Of a stretch of DNA of 64,000 nucleotides, positions 1-11,442 are shown in pieces. Source of the DNA: Candidatus Eiseniibacteriota bacterium (lineage in GTDB: Bacteria > Eisenbacteria > RBG-16-71-46). A model generated the notes under the pieces. That model had not been told where the DNA came from and searched no databases. It saw nothing but the letters and a program-made list of their open reading frames with translations. The position numbers and the translations under genes are program-made. Every line of letters begins with the position of its first letter. Within the stretch, counting starts at the first letter, position 1. Location of the stretch: positions 320,001-384,000 of the forward strand of contig CAVUWA010000009.1 of NCBI GenBank assembly GCA_963744995.1, in the 5' to 3' direction.

Positions 1-1103
1 CCTGGTTCCAGGCCGGCTACAGCCAGCAGGCCTACGTGCCGCTGATCCAGATCGCGAGCGTCGGCGGAGTGGTGCTGGTGACGGCGTGGGTGCTCGCCCT
101 GAACGCGCTGCTGTGGCGCGCGCTCGCAGGTGGGGCGCGCCGTCGCGCCGCGCTGGGCGCGCTGCTCGCGCTGCTCCTGCCGTTCGTCTGGGGGCAGCGT
201 GTGCTCGACGCCGCACCGGCGGGCAGCGGTCCCACCGTCGCCCTCGTCCAGGGCGACGTCGCCGGCGAGATCAAGTGGTCGGGTCACCACCAGCAGCAGA
301 TTCTCGATACGTTCCTCGCGCTCTCGCGCGGCGCGGTGCGCGATACGCCGCGGGTGGATCTGGTGATCTGGCCGGAGACCGCGACCGGCAGCTACCTCCG
401 CAAGCAGCCGGAACAGGCGGTGGCCGTGGCCGCCTTCGTGCGCCGCACCGGCGTGCCGGTGTTCGCCGGCTTTGCGGACTTCGATTTCGACGCCGCAGGC
501 GGCCGTCACTACTACAACGCGGCGGGCCTCTTCACCGCGACGGGTCCCGCGCCCGCGGTCTATGCCAAACGCCATCTGGTGCCGTTCGGCGAGCGGATGC
601 CGTTCCAGCGCTTGTTCCCGGCACTCGGCAGGATCGAACTCGGGCAGGCCGAGTGGACGCCGGGCAGGGGTCAGGTGATGTTCGAGGCGGGCGGTGCGCC
701 GTTCGGCGCGCTGATCTGCTTCGAGTCGATCTTCCCGCGGCTGGCGCGCGAGGACGTGCGCGCCGGCGCGCGCTGGCTCGTCAACATCACCAACGACGAG
801 TGGTTCGGCAACAGCGCGGCGCTCTATCAGCATGCGGCGATGGCGCGCTTCCGGGCGATCGAGAACCACGTGCCGCTGGCGCGCTGTGCCAACACCGGGC
901 TCACCGTGATGATCGACGCTTACGGGCGCATCACCGGACGGCTCCCGGTGTTCCGGCCGGGCGTGCTCGTGGCGGCCGTGCCCGTTCCGGGGCCGCGCAC
1001 GTGGTTCACGCGCATCGGGGACTGGCCGAGCGGCCTCGCGCTGCTCGCCGCGCTGGTGTGGAGTGCGCTCGCGCTGTTGACACGCAAAACGGCGCGTGAC
1101 TAG
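1..1103 (+). CDS. lnt: Apolipoprotein N-acyltransferase (5'-truncated by window edge)
   Basis: Nitrilase-fold motifs IWPETA, KRHLVPFGE, LICFESIF, NITNDEWFG, ANTG; frame open from window start. Confidence 0.95.
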   Translation, partial: WFQAGYSQQAYVPLIQIASVGGVVLVTAWVLALNALLWRALAGGARRRAALGALLALLLPFVWGQRVLDAAPAGSGPTVALVQGDVAGEIKWSGHHQQQILDTFLALSRGAVRDTPRVDLVIWPETATGSYLRKQPEQAVAVAAFVRRTGVPVFAGFADFDFDAAGGRHYYNAAGLFTATGPAPAVYAKRHLVPFGERMPFQRLFPALGRIELGQAEWTPGRGQVMFEAGGAPFGALICFESIFPRLAREDVRAGARWLVNITNDEWFGNSAALYQHAAMARFRAIENHVPLARCANTGLTVMIDAYGRITGRLPVFRPGVLVAAVPVPGPRTWFTRIGDWPSGLALLAALVWSALALLTRKTARD

Positions 1104-1106
1104 CAT
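1077..1106 (+). promoter_or_regulatory. Putative sigma70 promoter for the asd operon
   Basis: TTGACA (1077-1082), 18 bp spacer, TAGCAT (1101-1106), overlapping the lnt stop. Confidence 0.55.
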
Positions 1107-1177
1107 GCGGTTTCCGTATGTCGTCGAGTGACCCCGCGCTGGAGATCCGGTGCCGTGACGCCACCCCGAGGGGGCCG

Positions 1178-2203
1178 ATGAGCCATCGTCTGGTCGTGCT
1201 GGGAGCCACCGGGCTCGTCGGCCGGACGATGCTCGATCTGGTGGAGGCGCGCGGCTGGGACGTGGCGCGCCCGCGGCTCCTGGCCAGCGACCGGACGCCC
1301 GGCCGCACGCTGCCCTTCCGCGGCGCAGCGCTCCCGGTCGAGCCGGTGCACGCAGCGGCCTTCCAGGGCGCCACGCTGGCGCTGTTCGCCGGCGGCAACG
1401 ACGTGAGCCGGCGCTGGGCGCCGGTCGCGCGCGCGGCGGGCGCCGTGGTGATCGACAACAGCAGCGCGTTCCGCTACGACGACGCCGTGCCGCTGGTCGT
1501 GCCGGAGATCAACGAGCGCGAGCTGGCCTCGCGCCCCACGCTGATCGCCAACCCGAACTGTTCGACGATCGGCATCGTCATGGCGCTGGCGCCGCTCGCC
1601 GCCGGGCGCCGGCTCGAACGGATCTGGACGGCGACCTACCAGTCGGCGTCCGGCGCCGGCGCGGCGGCCCTCGAACGCCTGGAGCAGGGCGCCCGCGCCG
1701 CGCTCGCGGCGCCCGACTCGAAGCCGCCCGGACCGGTGCCGTTCGCTTTCAACGTCGTGCCGCGCATCGACCGCTTCGAGGCGAACGGGGCGACTCGCGA
1801 GGAGATGAAGATCGTCTGGGAGTGTCGCAAGATCCTCGGTCTGCCGGCGCTCGCGGTCTCGGCGACCGCGGTGCGGGTGCCGGTGCGCGTCGGCCACGCC
1901 GCGGCGGTGACGGCGTGGTTCGAACCGCCGGTGACCCCCGACGAGGCGCGCGCGGCATGGGCCGGCTTCCCGGGCCTCAGCGTCGTCGACGCGCCCGCGG
2001 ACGACCTGTTCCCGATGCCGCTCGACGCCGCGGGAATCGACGACGTGCTGGTCGGCCGCGCGCGCGTCGACACCGGCGACCCGCGCGCGCTGTCGTTCTT
2101 CACCGCATCCGACAACCTGCGCAAGGGCGCGGCTCTGAACGCGGTGCAGATCGGTGAGGCGTGGCTCGCGCGCTTCGCCGGCGCGGCGACGGAGGCGCGA
2201 TGA
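1178..2203 (+). CDS. asd: Aspartate-semialdehyde dehydrogenase
   Basis: GATGLVG, IDNSSAFR, IANPNCST, TYQSASGAG, DNLRKGAALNAVQI; ATG 1178 follows GAGGGGG RBS. Confidence 0.95.
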   Translation: MSHRLVVLGATGLVGRTMLDLVEARGWDVARPRLLASDRTPGRTLPFRGAALPVEPVHAAAFQGATLALFAGGNDVSRRWAPVARAAGAVVIDNSSAFRYDDAVPLVVPEINERELASRPTLIANPNCSTIGIVMALAPLAAGRRLERIWTATYQSASGAGAAALERLEQGARAALAAPDSKPPGPVPFAFNVVPRIDRFEANGATREEMKIVWECRKILGLPALAVSATAVRVPVRVGHAAAVTAWFEPPVTPDEARAAWAGFPGLSVVDAPADDLFPMPLDAAGIDDVLVGRARVDTGDPRALSFFTASDNLRKGAALNAVQIGEAWLARFAGAATEAR

Positions 2204-2952
2204 CGGCGGTGAGCGACGCCATCGGGGACACGGGGGAGGCCACCTCCCGGATCGCACCGCTGCTGCTGGGGGCGATGGTCGGCGCGCTGGTGGCCGGGCG
2301 CCTGGAGACCGGCGTGCTGATGCTGGCGATCGCCGCCGCCGCAGCGGTCGTCGCCGGGGCGGGGTGGCCCGGCCGCCGTTTCTGGACGGTGCTCGCGGGC
2401 GGCACCGGGGTCGCCGTGGTCCTCAACGCGTATCTGGTCGAGGGCACCCCGCTGCCGCTGCCTGCGCTGTTCGGGCGTGCCGCGACCGGCGAGGGCGCGG
2501 TGCTCGGCGTGCTGCTCGCGCTCCGGGTGTGGGGCGCGGCGGTCGCCGTCCACGGACTGAAGGCCGCGTGGCCGGGCGAGCGCGCCGCGGACGAGATCGC
2601 GGCCCGTCTGGCGCCGCTCGAACGCGTCGGCGTACCGGTCGCACGGTCGCGGGTGATCCTCGGGCTGGCGCTGCGCTTCGCGCCGCTGCTGGCCGAGGAG
2701 CTCTCGCGCGTGCGCGCGCTGCAGCGGTTGCGCGCGGGCGCGCCGGCCGGCGGCGCGCGCGCACGGCTCGTCCGCCTGCAGGCCGTGCTGGTACCGGCGC
2801 TGACGGGCGCGCTCGAGCGCGCCGAGCGCGTGGCGCTGGCGCTCGAGGCGAGGCACTATCGGATCCGGCCGGTGTCGGTGCCGGGAGCCCACCGCGGCTG
2901 GCAGGCGGCGGGGCTCGCCTGCGCGGCGGTCGCGCTGCTCTGGCGGGGCTGA
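2200..2952 (+). CDS. ecfT: Energy-coupling factor transporter transmembrane component T (EcfT/CbiQ family)
   Basis: Hydrophobic N-half; LALRFAPLL..E..RV...QRLR and ALALEARHY coupling-helix motifs; ATGA overlap with asd. Confidence 0.75.
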   Translation: MTAVSDAIGDTGEATSRIAPLLLGAMVGALVAGRLETGVLMLAIAAAAAVVAGAGWPGRRFWTVLAGGTGVAVVLNAYLVEGTPLPLPALFGRAATGEGAVLGVLLALRVWGAAVAVHGLKAAWPGERAADEIAARLAPLERVGVPVARSRVILGLALRFAPLLAEELSRVRALQRLRAGAPAGGARARLVRLQAVLVPALTGALERAERVALALEARHYRIRPVSVPGAHRGWQAAGLACAAVALLWRG

Positions 2953-3699
2953 GTGCGGCGGATCGCGCTGGTGGTGGCGTACGGCGGCGCGGCCTTCCAC
3001 GGCTGGCAGCGCCAGCCGGGATGGCGCACGGCGCAGGGCGTGCTGGATGCGGCGCTCGGCGAATTGCTCGGTGAGGAGGTACGAGTGACGGGGGCGGGCA
3101 GGACCGACAGGGGCGTGCACGCACGCGGGCAGGTGGCTTCGTTCGAGACGGCGGCGACGCTGCCGGCGCACGCGATCCCGCCACGGCTCGCCAAGCGGCT
3201 GCCCGCGGACCTGCGCGTGCGGGCGGCGCGCGAGGTCGACGCGGGCTTCGACGCCCGCCGCTCCGCCACCGGACGGCGCTACGCATACCGGCTGCTCCGT
3301 CGCGAAGACCTGTTCCTCGAACCGTTCGCGCTGCGGCCGCGCGGCCGCTGGGCGCCCGACGCCTGGCGATCGGCGACGGCCGCGCTCGAAGGCCGCCACG
3401 ATTTCACCTCGTTCGAGAGCGCGGGCAGCCCGCGCGAGTCGAAGGTGTGCCGGGTGATACGCGCCGACTGGTCGTGGTGGGAGGGCGGTGTCTGCCTCGA
3501 CATCGTGGCCGACCACTTTCTCTATCACATGGTCCGCAACATCGTCGGCACCGCGCTGTCGGTGGCACGCACCCCGGACCCGGCGGCCGCCATGCGCGAG
3601 GTGCTCGCCGCGCGCGACCGCGCCGCGGCGGGCCCGTGCGCGCCGCCCCACGGGCTGACGCTCGAAGAAGTGTTCTTTCCGGAAGGAGGTTCCGCGTGA
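2953..3699 (+). CDS. truA: tRNA pseudouridine(38-40) synthase
   Basis: Y.G..FHGWQRQ, GAGRTDRGVHA, GRHDFTSF, FLYHMVRNIVG. Confidence 0.95.
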   Translation: MRRIALVVAYGGAAFHGWQRQPGWRTAQGVLDAALGELLGEEVRVTGAGRTDRGVHARGQVASFETAATLPAHAIPPRLAKRLPADLRVRAAREVDAGFDARRSATGRRYAYRLLRREDLFLEPFALRPRGRWAPDAWRSATAALEGRHDFTSFESAGSPRESKVCRVIRADWSWWEGGVCLDIVADHFLYHMVRNIVGTALSVARTPDPAAAMREVLAARDRAAAGPCAPPHGLTLEEVFFPEGGSA

Positions 3700-4847
3700 A
3701 CCGTCGTTCGCGCCTTGCACTCGTTCTCGGTCCGGCGGCCATCGTGCTCGCCGTCGCGGCCGTACTCTCCCTGCGCGTCGTCCACAACGAAACGGCGGCG
3801 GACACCGGCGCCGCGATCTCCGGCTCGCGCCGCACCGCGATCGTGAGCGCGGCGCAGCGGGTGAGCCCGGCCGTCGTGTCGGTGAGCGTGGTGTCGACGC
3901 GCATCGTGCGCACGGATCCGTTCGGCGGCATGCTGCGCGACGAGTTCTGGGATCGCTTCTACCCGCCGACGGAATACCGCGAGCGGATCCCGAGTCTCGG
4001 CTCGGGGTTCATCGTCGATCCCGCGGGGCTGATCCTCACCAACGAGCACGTGATCCGTAACGCCGAGCAGATCACGGTGACGCTCACCGACGGGCGCCAG
4101 CTGCCGGGCAAGGTGCTGGGCAGCTCGCCGACCTACGACCTCGCCGTGATCAAGGTGGAGGGCAAGAACCTGCCCGTGGCCCCGCTCGGCGACAGTGAGG
4201 ATCTGGTGGTGGGCGAATGGGCGATCGCGATCGGCAGCCCGTTCGGCTACCTGCTGAACGACACGCAGCCGACCGTCACCGCCGGCGTGATCAGCGCGAC
4301 CCGTCGCGACATCAAGAACGACGCCACCGAGAGCGGCGTCTACAAGAACATGATCCAGACCGATGCGGCGATCAATCCGGGCAACAGCGGCGGGCCCCTC
4401 GTCAACGGCGACGGCCAGGTGATCGGGATCAACACCTTCATCTTCACGAGCGGCGGCGGCTCGCTCGGCATCGGTTTCGCGATCCCGATCAACCTGGCGC
4501 GCCAGGTGCTCGACGAGATCCGCCGGTACGGGCGGGTGCGCACCGCGTGGGTGGGCATGCAGGTCCAGCCGGTGACGCCGTTCCTCGCCCGGCGGCTCGG
4601 CTTCAAGGACCTGGGCGGGCTGGTGGTGTCGCGCGTGGATCGGGGCGGGCCGGCCGAGAAGGCGGGCATCCGCGTCACCGACCGCATCCGCAGCGTGAAC
4701 GGCAGCGAGGTGCGCAACGTGGACGACGCCCAACGCAGCATCTACGGCGCCCGCGTCGGCGACCGGCTGACGTTCGGGATCGAGCGCGACGGCAAGCGCC
4801 TCGAGCGCACGGTGACCCTGCTGGAAGCGCCGGGAGACCGCCCGTGA
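3696..4847 (+). CDS. HtrA/DegP-family serine protease with one PDZ domain and N-terminal membrane anchor
   Basis: TNEHV, DLAVIK, IQTDAAINPGNSGGPL; GTG start overlaps truA stop, GGAGG RBS. Confidence 0.92.
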   Translation: MNRRSRLALVLGPAAIVLAVAAVLSLRVVHNETAADTGAAISGSRRTAIVSAAQRVSPAVVSVSVVSTRIVRTDPFGGMLRDEFWDRFYPPTEYRERIPSLGSGFIVDPAGLILTNEHVIRNAEQITVTLTDGRQLPGKVLGSSPTYDLAVIKVEGKNLPVAPLGDSEDLVVGEWAIAIGSPFGYLLNDTQPTVTAGVISATRRDIKNDATESGVYKNMIQTDAAINPGNSGGPLVNGDGQVIGINTFIFTSGGGSLGIGFAIPINLARQVLDEIRRYGRVRTAWVGMQVQPVTPFLARRLGFKDLGGLVVSRVDRGGPAEKAGIRVTDRIRSVNGSEVRNVDDAQRSIYGARVGDRLTFGIERDGKRLERTVTLLEAPGDRP

Positions 4848-6145
4848 TCGAACGTTACGGCCATCCGCGCATGCGTGCGATCTGGAGCGACGCGCACCGC
4901 CTGGCGATCTGGCTCGACGTCGAGCTGGCGGCCACCGAGGCCCGCGAGGCCGAGGGCCAGGTGCCGGCGGGCACCGCCCGGGCGATCCGCGCGCAGGCGC
5001 GCATCGACGTCGCGCGGATGGACGCGATCGAGGCGGAGGTGCACCACGACGTCATCGCGTTCCTGTCCATGATCGCCGAGAGCGGCGGCGAGGGCTGCCG
5101 CCACCTGCATGCCGGGCTCACTTCCTCGGACCTGGTGGACACCGCGCTGGCCGTGCAGATCGCCGAGGCCGGCGCGGTGCTGCGCGAGAGCCTCGCCGGA
5201 CTCCGGCGACGGGCCCATGCGCTCGCGGTCGCGCACCGCATGACGCCGATGGTGGGACGCACGCACGGGGTGCATGCCGAGCCCATCACGTTCGGGCTCA
5301 AGTGCCTGATCTGGAGCGAGACGCTCGGCCGCGACCTCGTGCGGCTCGACGCCGCACTGGCCGGCGTCGCCGTCGGCAAGCTCTCGGGTGCGGTGGGCAC
5401 CTTCGCGCATCTCACCCCGGCGATCGAGGCGCACGCGCTCGCCGTGCTCGGCCTCGCCGCCGAGCCGGTGGCGAACCAGATCGTGCAGCGCGACCGCCAC
5501 GCCGCGCTGCTGGGCGCGCTGGCCGTGGCCGGCGGCACGATGGACCGCATCGCGCTCGAGATCCGCCACCTGCAGCGCACCGAGGTGGGCGAGGCCGGCG
5601 AGCCGTTCAGCGAACAGCAGAAGGGCTCCTCGGCGATGCCGCACAAGCGCAATCCGGTGCGCTGCGAGCGGGTCTGCGGGCTGGCCCGGCTGCTGCGCGG
5701 CTACGCGCAGGCGGCGTTCGAGAACCAGGCGCTGTGGCACGAACGCGACATCAGTCATTCGTCGGTCGAGCGCGTGATCCTGCCCGATGCTTTCCTCGCC
5801 GCCGATTTCATGGCGCGCGAGATGGACGACGTGCTGGGCGGTCTGCGCGTGGATCCGGCACGCATGCGGCGCAATCTCGAGGCCGGCGGCGGCCTGGTGT
5901 TCTCGCAGCGCGTGCTGCTCGCGCTGACCGACGCGGGACTGCCGCGCGACGACGCCTACCGCATCGTGCAGCGCCACGCGCTGGCCGCGGCGGACGGCGA
6001 CGGCGCGTTCCGCCAGCGGCTCGAGGCCGACCCCGAGGTGCGCGAGCGGCTCGATCAGGCGGCGCTCGCGACCTGCTTCGATCTGGCGCCGTACTTCAGG
6101 CACGTGGACGATCTGTTCGCGCGCGCGCAGGTCCCGGCGTCGTGA
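4844..6145 (+). CDS. purB: Adenylosuccinate lyase
   Basis: HDVIAF, GLTSSD, GRTHGVHAEP, signature GSSAMPHKRNP. Confidence 0.96.
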   Translation: MIERYGHPRMRAIWSDAHRLAIWLDVELAATEAREAEGQVPAGTARAIRAQARIDVARMDAIEAEVHHDVIAFLSMIAESGGEGCRHLHAGLTSSDLVDTALAVQIAEAGAVLRESLAGLRRRAHALAVAHRMTPMVGRTHGVHAEPITFGLKCLIWSETLGRDLVRLDAALAGVAVGKLSGAVGTFAHLTPAIEAHALAVLGLAAEPVANQIVQRDRHAALLGALAVAGGTMDRIALEIRHLQRTEVGEAGEPFSEQQKGSSAMPHKRNPVRCERVCGLARLLRGYAQAAFENQALWHERDISHSSVERVILPDAFLAADFMAREMDDVLGGLRVDPARMRRNLEAGGGLVFSQRVLLALTDAGLPRDDAYRIVQRHALAAADGDGAFRQRLEADPEVRERLDQAALATCFDLAPYFRHVDDLFARAQVPAS

Positions 6146-8502
6146 GCACGACCATGAAGAGCCCGCCCGCCTGGACCCGCGAGGAAGCCGGCGACCCCGC
6201 CGCGGTGTCGGCGCGGCTCGCCCGCCGCGGCGTGAAGCTCGATGCGGAAGAGGTGACGCTGCTGCTCTCGCTGCTCGGCCGTCCGCCGCTGTGGCCCGAG
6301 GCGGTGCTGTTCGGGATCCTGTGGAGCGAGCATTGCTCCTACAAGTCGACGCGCCATCTCCTGAAGCGCCTGCCGAGCCGTGCGCCGCAGGTCGTGATCG
6401 GCCCCGGCGAGGACGCGGGCGTGGTGGCGCTGCCCGCGCCGTGCGAGGACCTCGTGCTGGTGCTGGCCCACGAGAGCCACAACCACCCGAGCCAGGTGCT
6501 GCCGGTGGAGGGCGCCGCCACCGGCGTCGGCGGCATCGTGCGCGACGTCGTGTGCATGGGAGCCGAGGTCGTGGGCGTGCTCGATGCGCTGCGCTTCGGC
6601 GACCCGGCGGGCGGGGTCCACACGCGCGACGTCGTGCGCGGCGTGGTGGAGGGGATCGCCGACTATGGCAACGCGCTCGGAATTCCGAACCTGGGCGGCG
6701 ACACGGTGTTCCATGGGGGATTCGACTCGAACGCCCTGGTCAACGTCATGGCCGTGGGGCTCGCGCCCGCGGACGGCGTGCTGCGCAGCCGCGTGCCCGA
6801 GGGCCCGGGGCCATGGGTATTCGTGCTCGCCGGCAAGCCGACCGACGAGAGCGGCTTCGGCGGTGCGTCGTTCGCCTCCGACGAACTGGGCGGCGCGGGC
6901 GACGACCAGCGCGGCGCGGTGCAGCTGCCGGACCCGTTCCTGAAACGCGTCCTGAACGTCGCCAACGAAGAGGTGTTCCGCCGTCTGCGCGAGCGCGGCA
7001 TCCCGGCCGGATTCAAGGACCTGGGCGCCGGCGGCATCGCCTGCGCGACGAGCGAGATGGCCGCCGCCGGCGGGCGCGGCGCCGCGATCGAGCTCGAACG
7101 CGCGCACCGGGTCGAGCGGCGGCTGCCGCCCGAGGTGCTGCTGTGCGCCGAGACGCAGGAGCGCTACTGCTGGGCGGTGCCGGAGGGGTTCGCCGGCGAG
7201 CTGTGCGCGATCTACGAGAAGATGTTCGCCCTGGGCGACGTCTACCCGGGCGCGGGGGCGCGCGTCGTCGGGGTCGCACTCGACGAGAAGGTGTACCGCG
7301 TGACGTGGGAGGGTGAGACGCTGATCGACTGTCCGGTGGACGCGATCACCGCCGGGCGGCGCGCGCCGCGCCGCGCCGAGCGCCGTCCGCCGGCGGGCCC
7401 CGCATCGATCGCGCGCGGCGGAATCGATCCGCGCCAGGCGCTGCTCGCGCTGCTCGCGGGGCGTCACCTCGGTTCGCGCGAATACCTCTATCGCCACTAC
7501 GACAGCGACGTGCAGGGCAGGACCTGGCTGCGCCCCGGCGAAGCCGACGCCGCGGTCGTGCGTGCGCACCCGCAGCGGGCGCTGGGGCTCGCCTTCGCCG
7601 TGGGCGGCAATCCTTTCTGGTGCGCCGCCGATCCCGAGCTCGGGGCGCGGCACGCGGTCGCCGAGGCGGCCCGCAACGTGGCCTGCGCCGGCGCGCGGCC
7701 CTGGGCGCTCACCGACTGCCTCAACTTCGGCCGGCCCGAGGACCCGCGCGTGATGGGTGATCTCGAGGCGACGCTCGAAGGCATGAGCGTCGCGGCCGAG
7801 GCGCTCGGCGCCCTGGCGCACCGCCAGGCGCCGCTGCCGTTCGTGAGCGGCAACGTCAGCCTCTACAATCACACCGGCGGCCGCGCCATTCCGGCCTCGC
7901 CGATCGTCATGTGTGCGGGCGTGGCGCCGGCGATCGAACGCACGCTTTCGCACGCGCTCTGGCAGCCGGGCCATTTCATCGTGCTGGTCGGTGAGCCGCG
8001 CGACGAGCTGCGCGGCTCCACCTTCGCGCGCGAGATCGCGGGACGCCCGGGGCTGCCGCCGCCGACGCTCGACCTCGACCACGAGCGGCGCCTTCAGGAG
8101 CTGGCGGTGGCCGCCGCGGAGGGCGGATGGGTGCGTGCGGCGCACGACGTATCGGACGGCGGTCTCGCCGTGGCGCTCGTGGAGATGATGCTGACCGCGC
8201 CCGCCCGTGGGCTCGGCCTCGATCTCGATCTGGGCGTGCTGGAAGCCGATGTCGACGCCGCCATGTTCTCGGAACGGCCGGCGATCCTGTTCGAGGTGCA
8301 GGCCGAGCGGGCGGCGCGCCTGTTCCACGGCGCGCGCGAACGCTCGCTCCTGGCCTGGCCGCTTGGCACCGTGACCCCGCGACCGGAACTCCGCATGCTG
8401 ACCCCGGACGCGGGCACGCTGAGCTGGACGCTGGAGGAGCTCGGCGCCGCCTCCGCGGCGCCGCTCGAGCGGCTCTGGAACGAAGAGGATGGGGGAACGT
8501 GA
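6142..8502 (+). CDS. purL: Phosphoribosylformylglycinamidine synthase subunit PurL (small type)
   Basis: WSEHCSYKS, ESHNHPS, DLGAGG, ETQER, DCLNFGRP, SGNVSLYN, HDVSDGG; start GTG 6142 or ATG 6154. Confidence 0.95.
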   Translation: MSTTMKSPPAWTREEAGDPAAVSARLARRGVKLDAEEVTLLLSLLGRPPLWPEAVLFGILWSEHCSYKSTRHLLKRLPSRAPQVVIGPGEDAGVVALPAPCEDLVLVLAHESHNHPSQVLPVEGAATGVGGIVRDVVCMGAEVVGVLDALRFGDPAGGVHTRDVVRGVVEGIADYGNALGIPNLGGDTVFHGGFDSNALVNVMAVGLAPADGVLRSRVPEGPGPWVFVLAGKPTDESGFGGASFASDELGGAGDDQRGAVQLPDPFLKRVLNVANEEVFRRLRERGIPAGFKDLGAGGIACATSEMAAAGGRGAAIELERAHRVERRLPPEVLLCAETQERYCWAVPEGFAGELCAIYEKMFALGDVYPGAGARVVGVALDEKVYRVTWEGETLIDCPVDAITAGRRAPRRAERRPPAGPASIARGGIDPRQALLALLAGRHLGSREYLYRHYDSDVQGRTWLRPGEADAAVVRAHPQRALGLAFAVGGNPFWCAADPELGARHAVAEAARNVACAGARPWALTDCLNFGRPEDPRVMGDLEATLEGMSVAAEALGALAHRQAPLPFVSGNVSLYNHTGGRAIPASPIVMCAGVAPAIERTLSHALWQPGHFIVLVGEPRDELRGSTFAREIAGRPGLPPPTLDLDHERRLQELAVAAAEGGWVRAAHDVSDGGLAVALVEMMLTAPARGLGLDLDLGVLEADVDAAMFSERPAILFEVQAERAARLFHGARERSLLAWPLGTVTPRPELRMLTPDAGTLSWTLEELGAASAAPLERLWNEEDGGT

Positions 8503-9323
8503 TGGGACGGCGCGTGGCGGTGCTGCAGTTCCCGGGCGTCAACTGCGAGGCCGAGACGGTGCGCGCGCTCGCGGCGGTGGGTCTCGAGCCGGCCCTGTTC
8601 CTGTGGACGACACCGGCCGAGGAGCTGCGCGGTTTCGACGCCTACGTCCTGCCCGGGGGCTTCGCGTATCAGGATCGCGTGCGGGCCGGCGCGCTCGCGG
8701 CCAAGGACCCGATGGTCGCCGTATTGTGCGGGGAGGCCGCGCGCGGCAAGCCGGTGCTCGGCATCTGCAACGGAGCCCAGGTGCTGGTCGAGGCCGGGCT
8801 CGTCCCACACGACTCGCAGGTCGAGCTCGCGCTCGCGCGCAACCGGATGCCGCGCCGCGCCGGCTACCACGCACGCTGGATCTACACGCGGGTCGAGGCT
8901 TCGCGCTGCATCTTCACGCGCCATCTGAAGAAGGGGACGCTGCTGCCGCTGCAGGTCGGGCATGGCGAGGGGCGCTTCGTCTCGGCGGTGAAGGGTCGCC
9001 TCGCGGCGCTGAAACGCAGCGGGCAGACGCCGCTCGTTTACGCGACCCCCGGAGGGCGGCTCGCGCGCGGCTATCCGGACAACCCGAACGGCTCGGAGGG
9101 CGCCGTGGCCGCCGTCTGCAACGAGCGCGGCAACGTGCTGGCGATGATGCCGCATCCCGACCGCGCGCAGTCGCTGGCGGCGCTGCCGCCCGCGATCGCC
9201 GGCGCCTGGCATGACCGGAGGGAGCAGGCGCGGGCCGGCTCGGCCGCGACGCTGCTCGATGCGCGGGGCCCGGGCCTGCTGCTGTTCGAGGGGCTTTTCC
9301 GGCACCTCGAGGAGGTCGCATGA
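8502..9323 (+). CDS. purQ: FGAM synthase glutaminase subunit PurQ
   Basis: FPGVNCE, LPGGFAYQD, LGICNG, HGEGRF, NPNGS, MMPHP. Confidence 0.95.
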   Translation: MGRRVAVLQFPGVNCEAETVRALAAVGLEPALFLWTTPAEELRGFDAYVLPGGFAYQDRVRAGALAAKDPMVAVLCGEAARGKPVLGICNGAQVLVEAGLVPHDSQVELALARNRMPRRAGYHARWIYTRVEASRCIFTRHLKKGTLLPLQVGHGEGRFVSAVKGRLAALKRSGQTPLVYATPGGRLARGYPDNPNGSEGAVAAVCNERGNVLAMMPHPDRAQSLAALPPAIAGAWHDRREQARAGSAATLLDARGPGLLLFEGLFRHLEEVA

Positions 9324-9879
9324 GCGGCACCGCACGGCCGAAGCAGGCGCAGGCCTGGATCGAGCTCAAGGCGGACGACCCGGCGGCGGTTTCGGCGCTG
9401 GGCGTCGCCCGCGCCCGCCTCGCGGCCGGGCGCACGCTCGCGCACCTCCGGCGCTACCGGGTCATCGAACTGCAGGGGGTACTGCCCGCGGTGCCGTTGC
9501 TCGCCACGCACCTGCACGCATCCACCTGGTTCTTCAATCCGCACAAGGAGACCTGCGTGCTGCGCACGGGGCGCGAGGATCCGCTGCCCCCCGGAGCACG
9601 GGGCGAGATCCTGCTGATCGCCGAGCGCGGCGGTGCGCGGCGGCCCGCCGCGGAACGCTGGTGGCGCCATGCGGTGGGCGGCCGCATCACGGTGCGCGAA
9701 GGCGTCGCCTGGGCGCTCGAATTCAGCGACGCCGCCGGCGCCGCCGCGCACGCGGAAGCGTTGCTGACGGTGCGGGATCAGGCGCACGGGCTGTTCGCCA
9801 ATCCGCACGCGCAGCGCGCGCGGCGCGCAGGGGCGGAGGTGCCGCTCACGTGGCTCGCCGAAGCCGAACAGGAGGGGAC

Positions 9880-9883
<4 letters not shown>
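9320..9883 (+). CDS. Probable tandem (two-domain) PurS-like protein
   Basis: Lies between purQ and purF with 4-nt overlaps; about twice PurS length; two halves ending FFNPHKE and LFANPHA, resembling the PurS LLANP motif. Confidence 0.55.
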
Positions 9884-11316
<1,433 letters not shown>

Positions 11317-11355
11317 GCGGCGGCGACCGGTCCGTCGGCGCGTACGCGCCGCGTC

Positions 11356-11385
11356 TTGACAGTGCGCCGACCGCATTCCTAGATT
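11356..11385 (+). promoter_or_regulatory. Putative sigma70 promoter for lysS and the downstream cluster
   Basis: TTGACA (11356-11361), 18 bp, TAGATT (11380-11385) in the intergenic gap. Confidence 0.6.
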
Positions 11386-11442
11386 CGTTCGATTCGGACC
11401 CCCGCACCGGGGCGTCCGTGCCTCCCGCGCCGAAAGGAAGCC

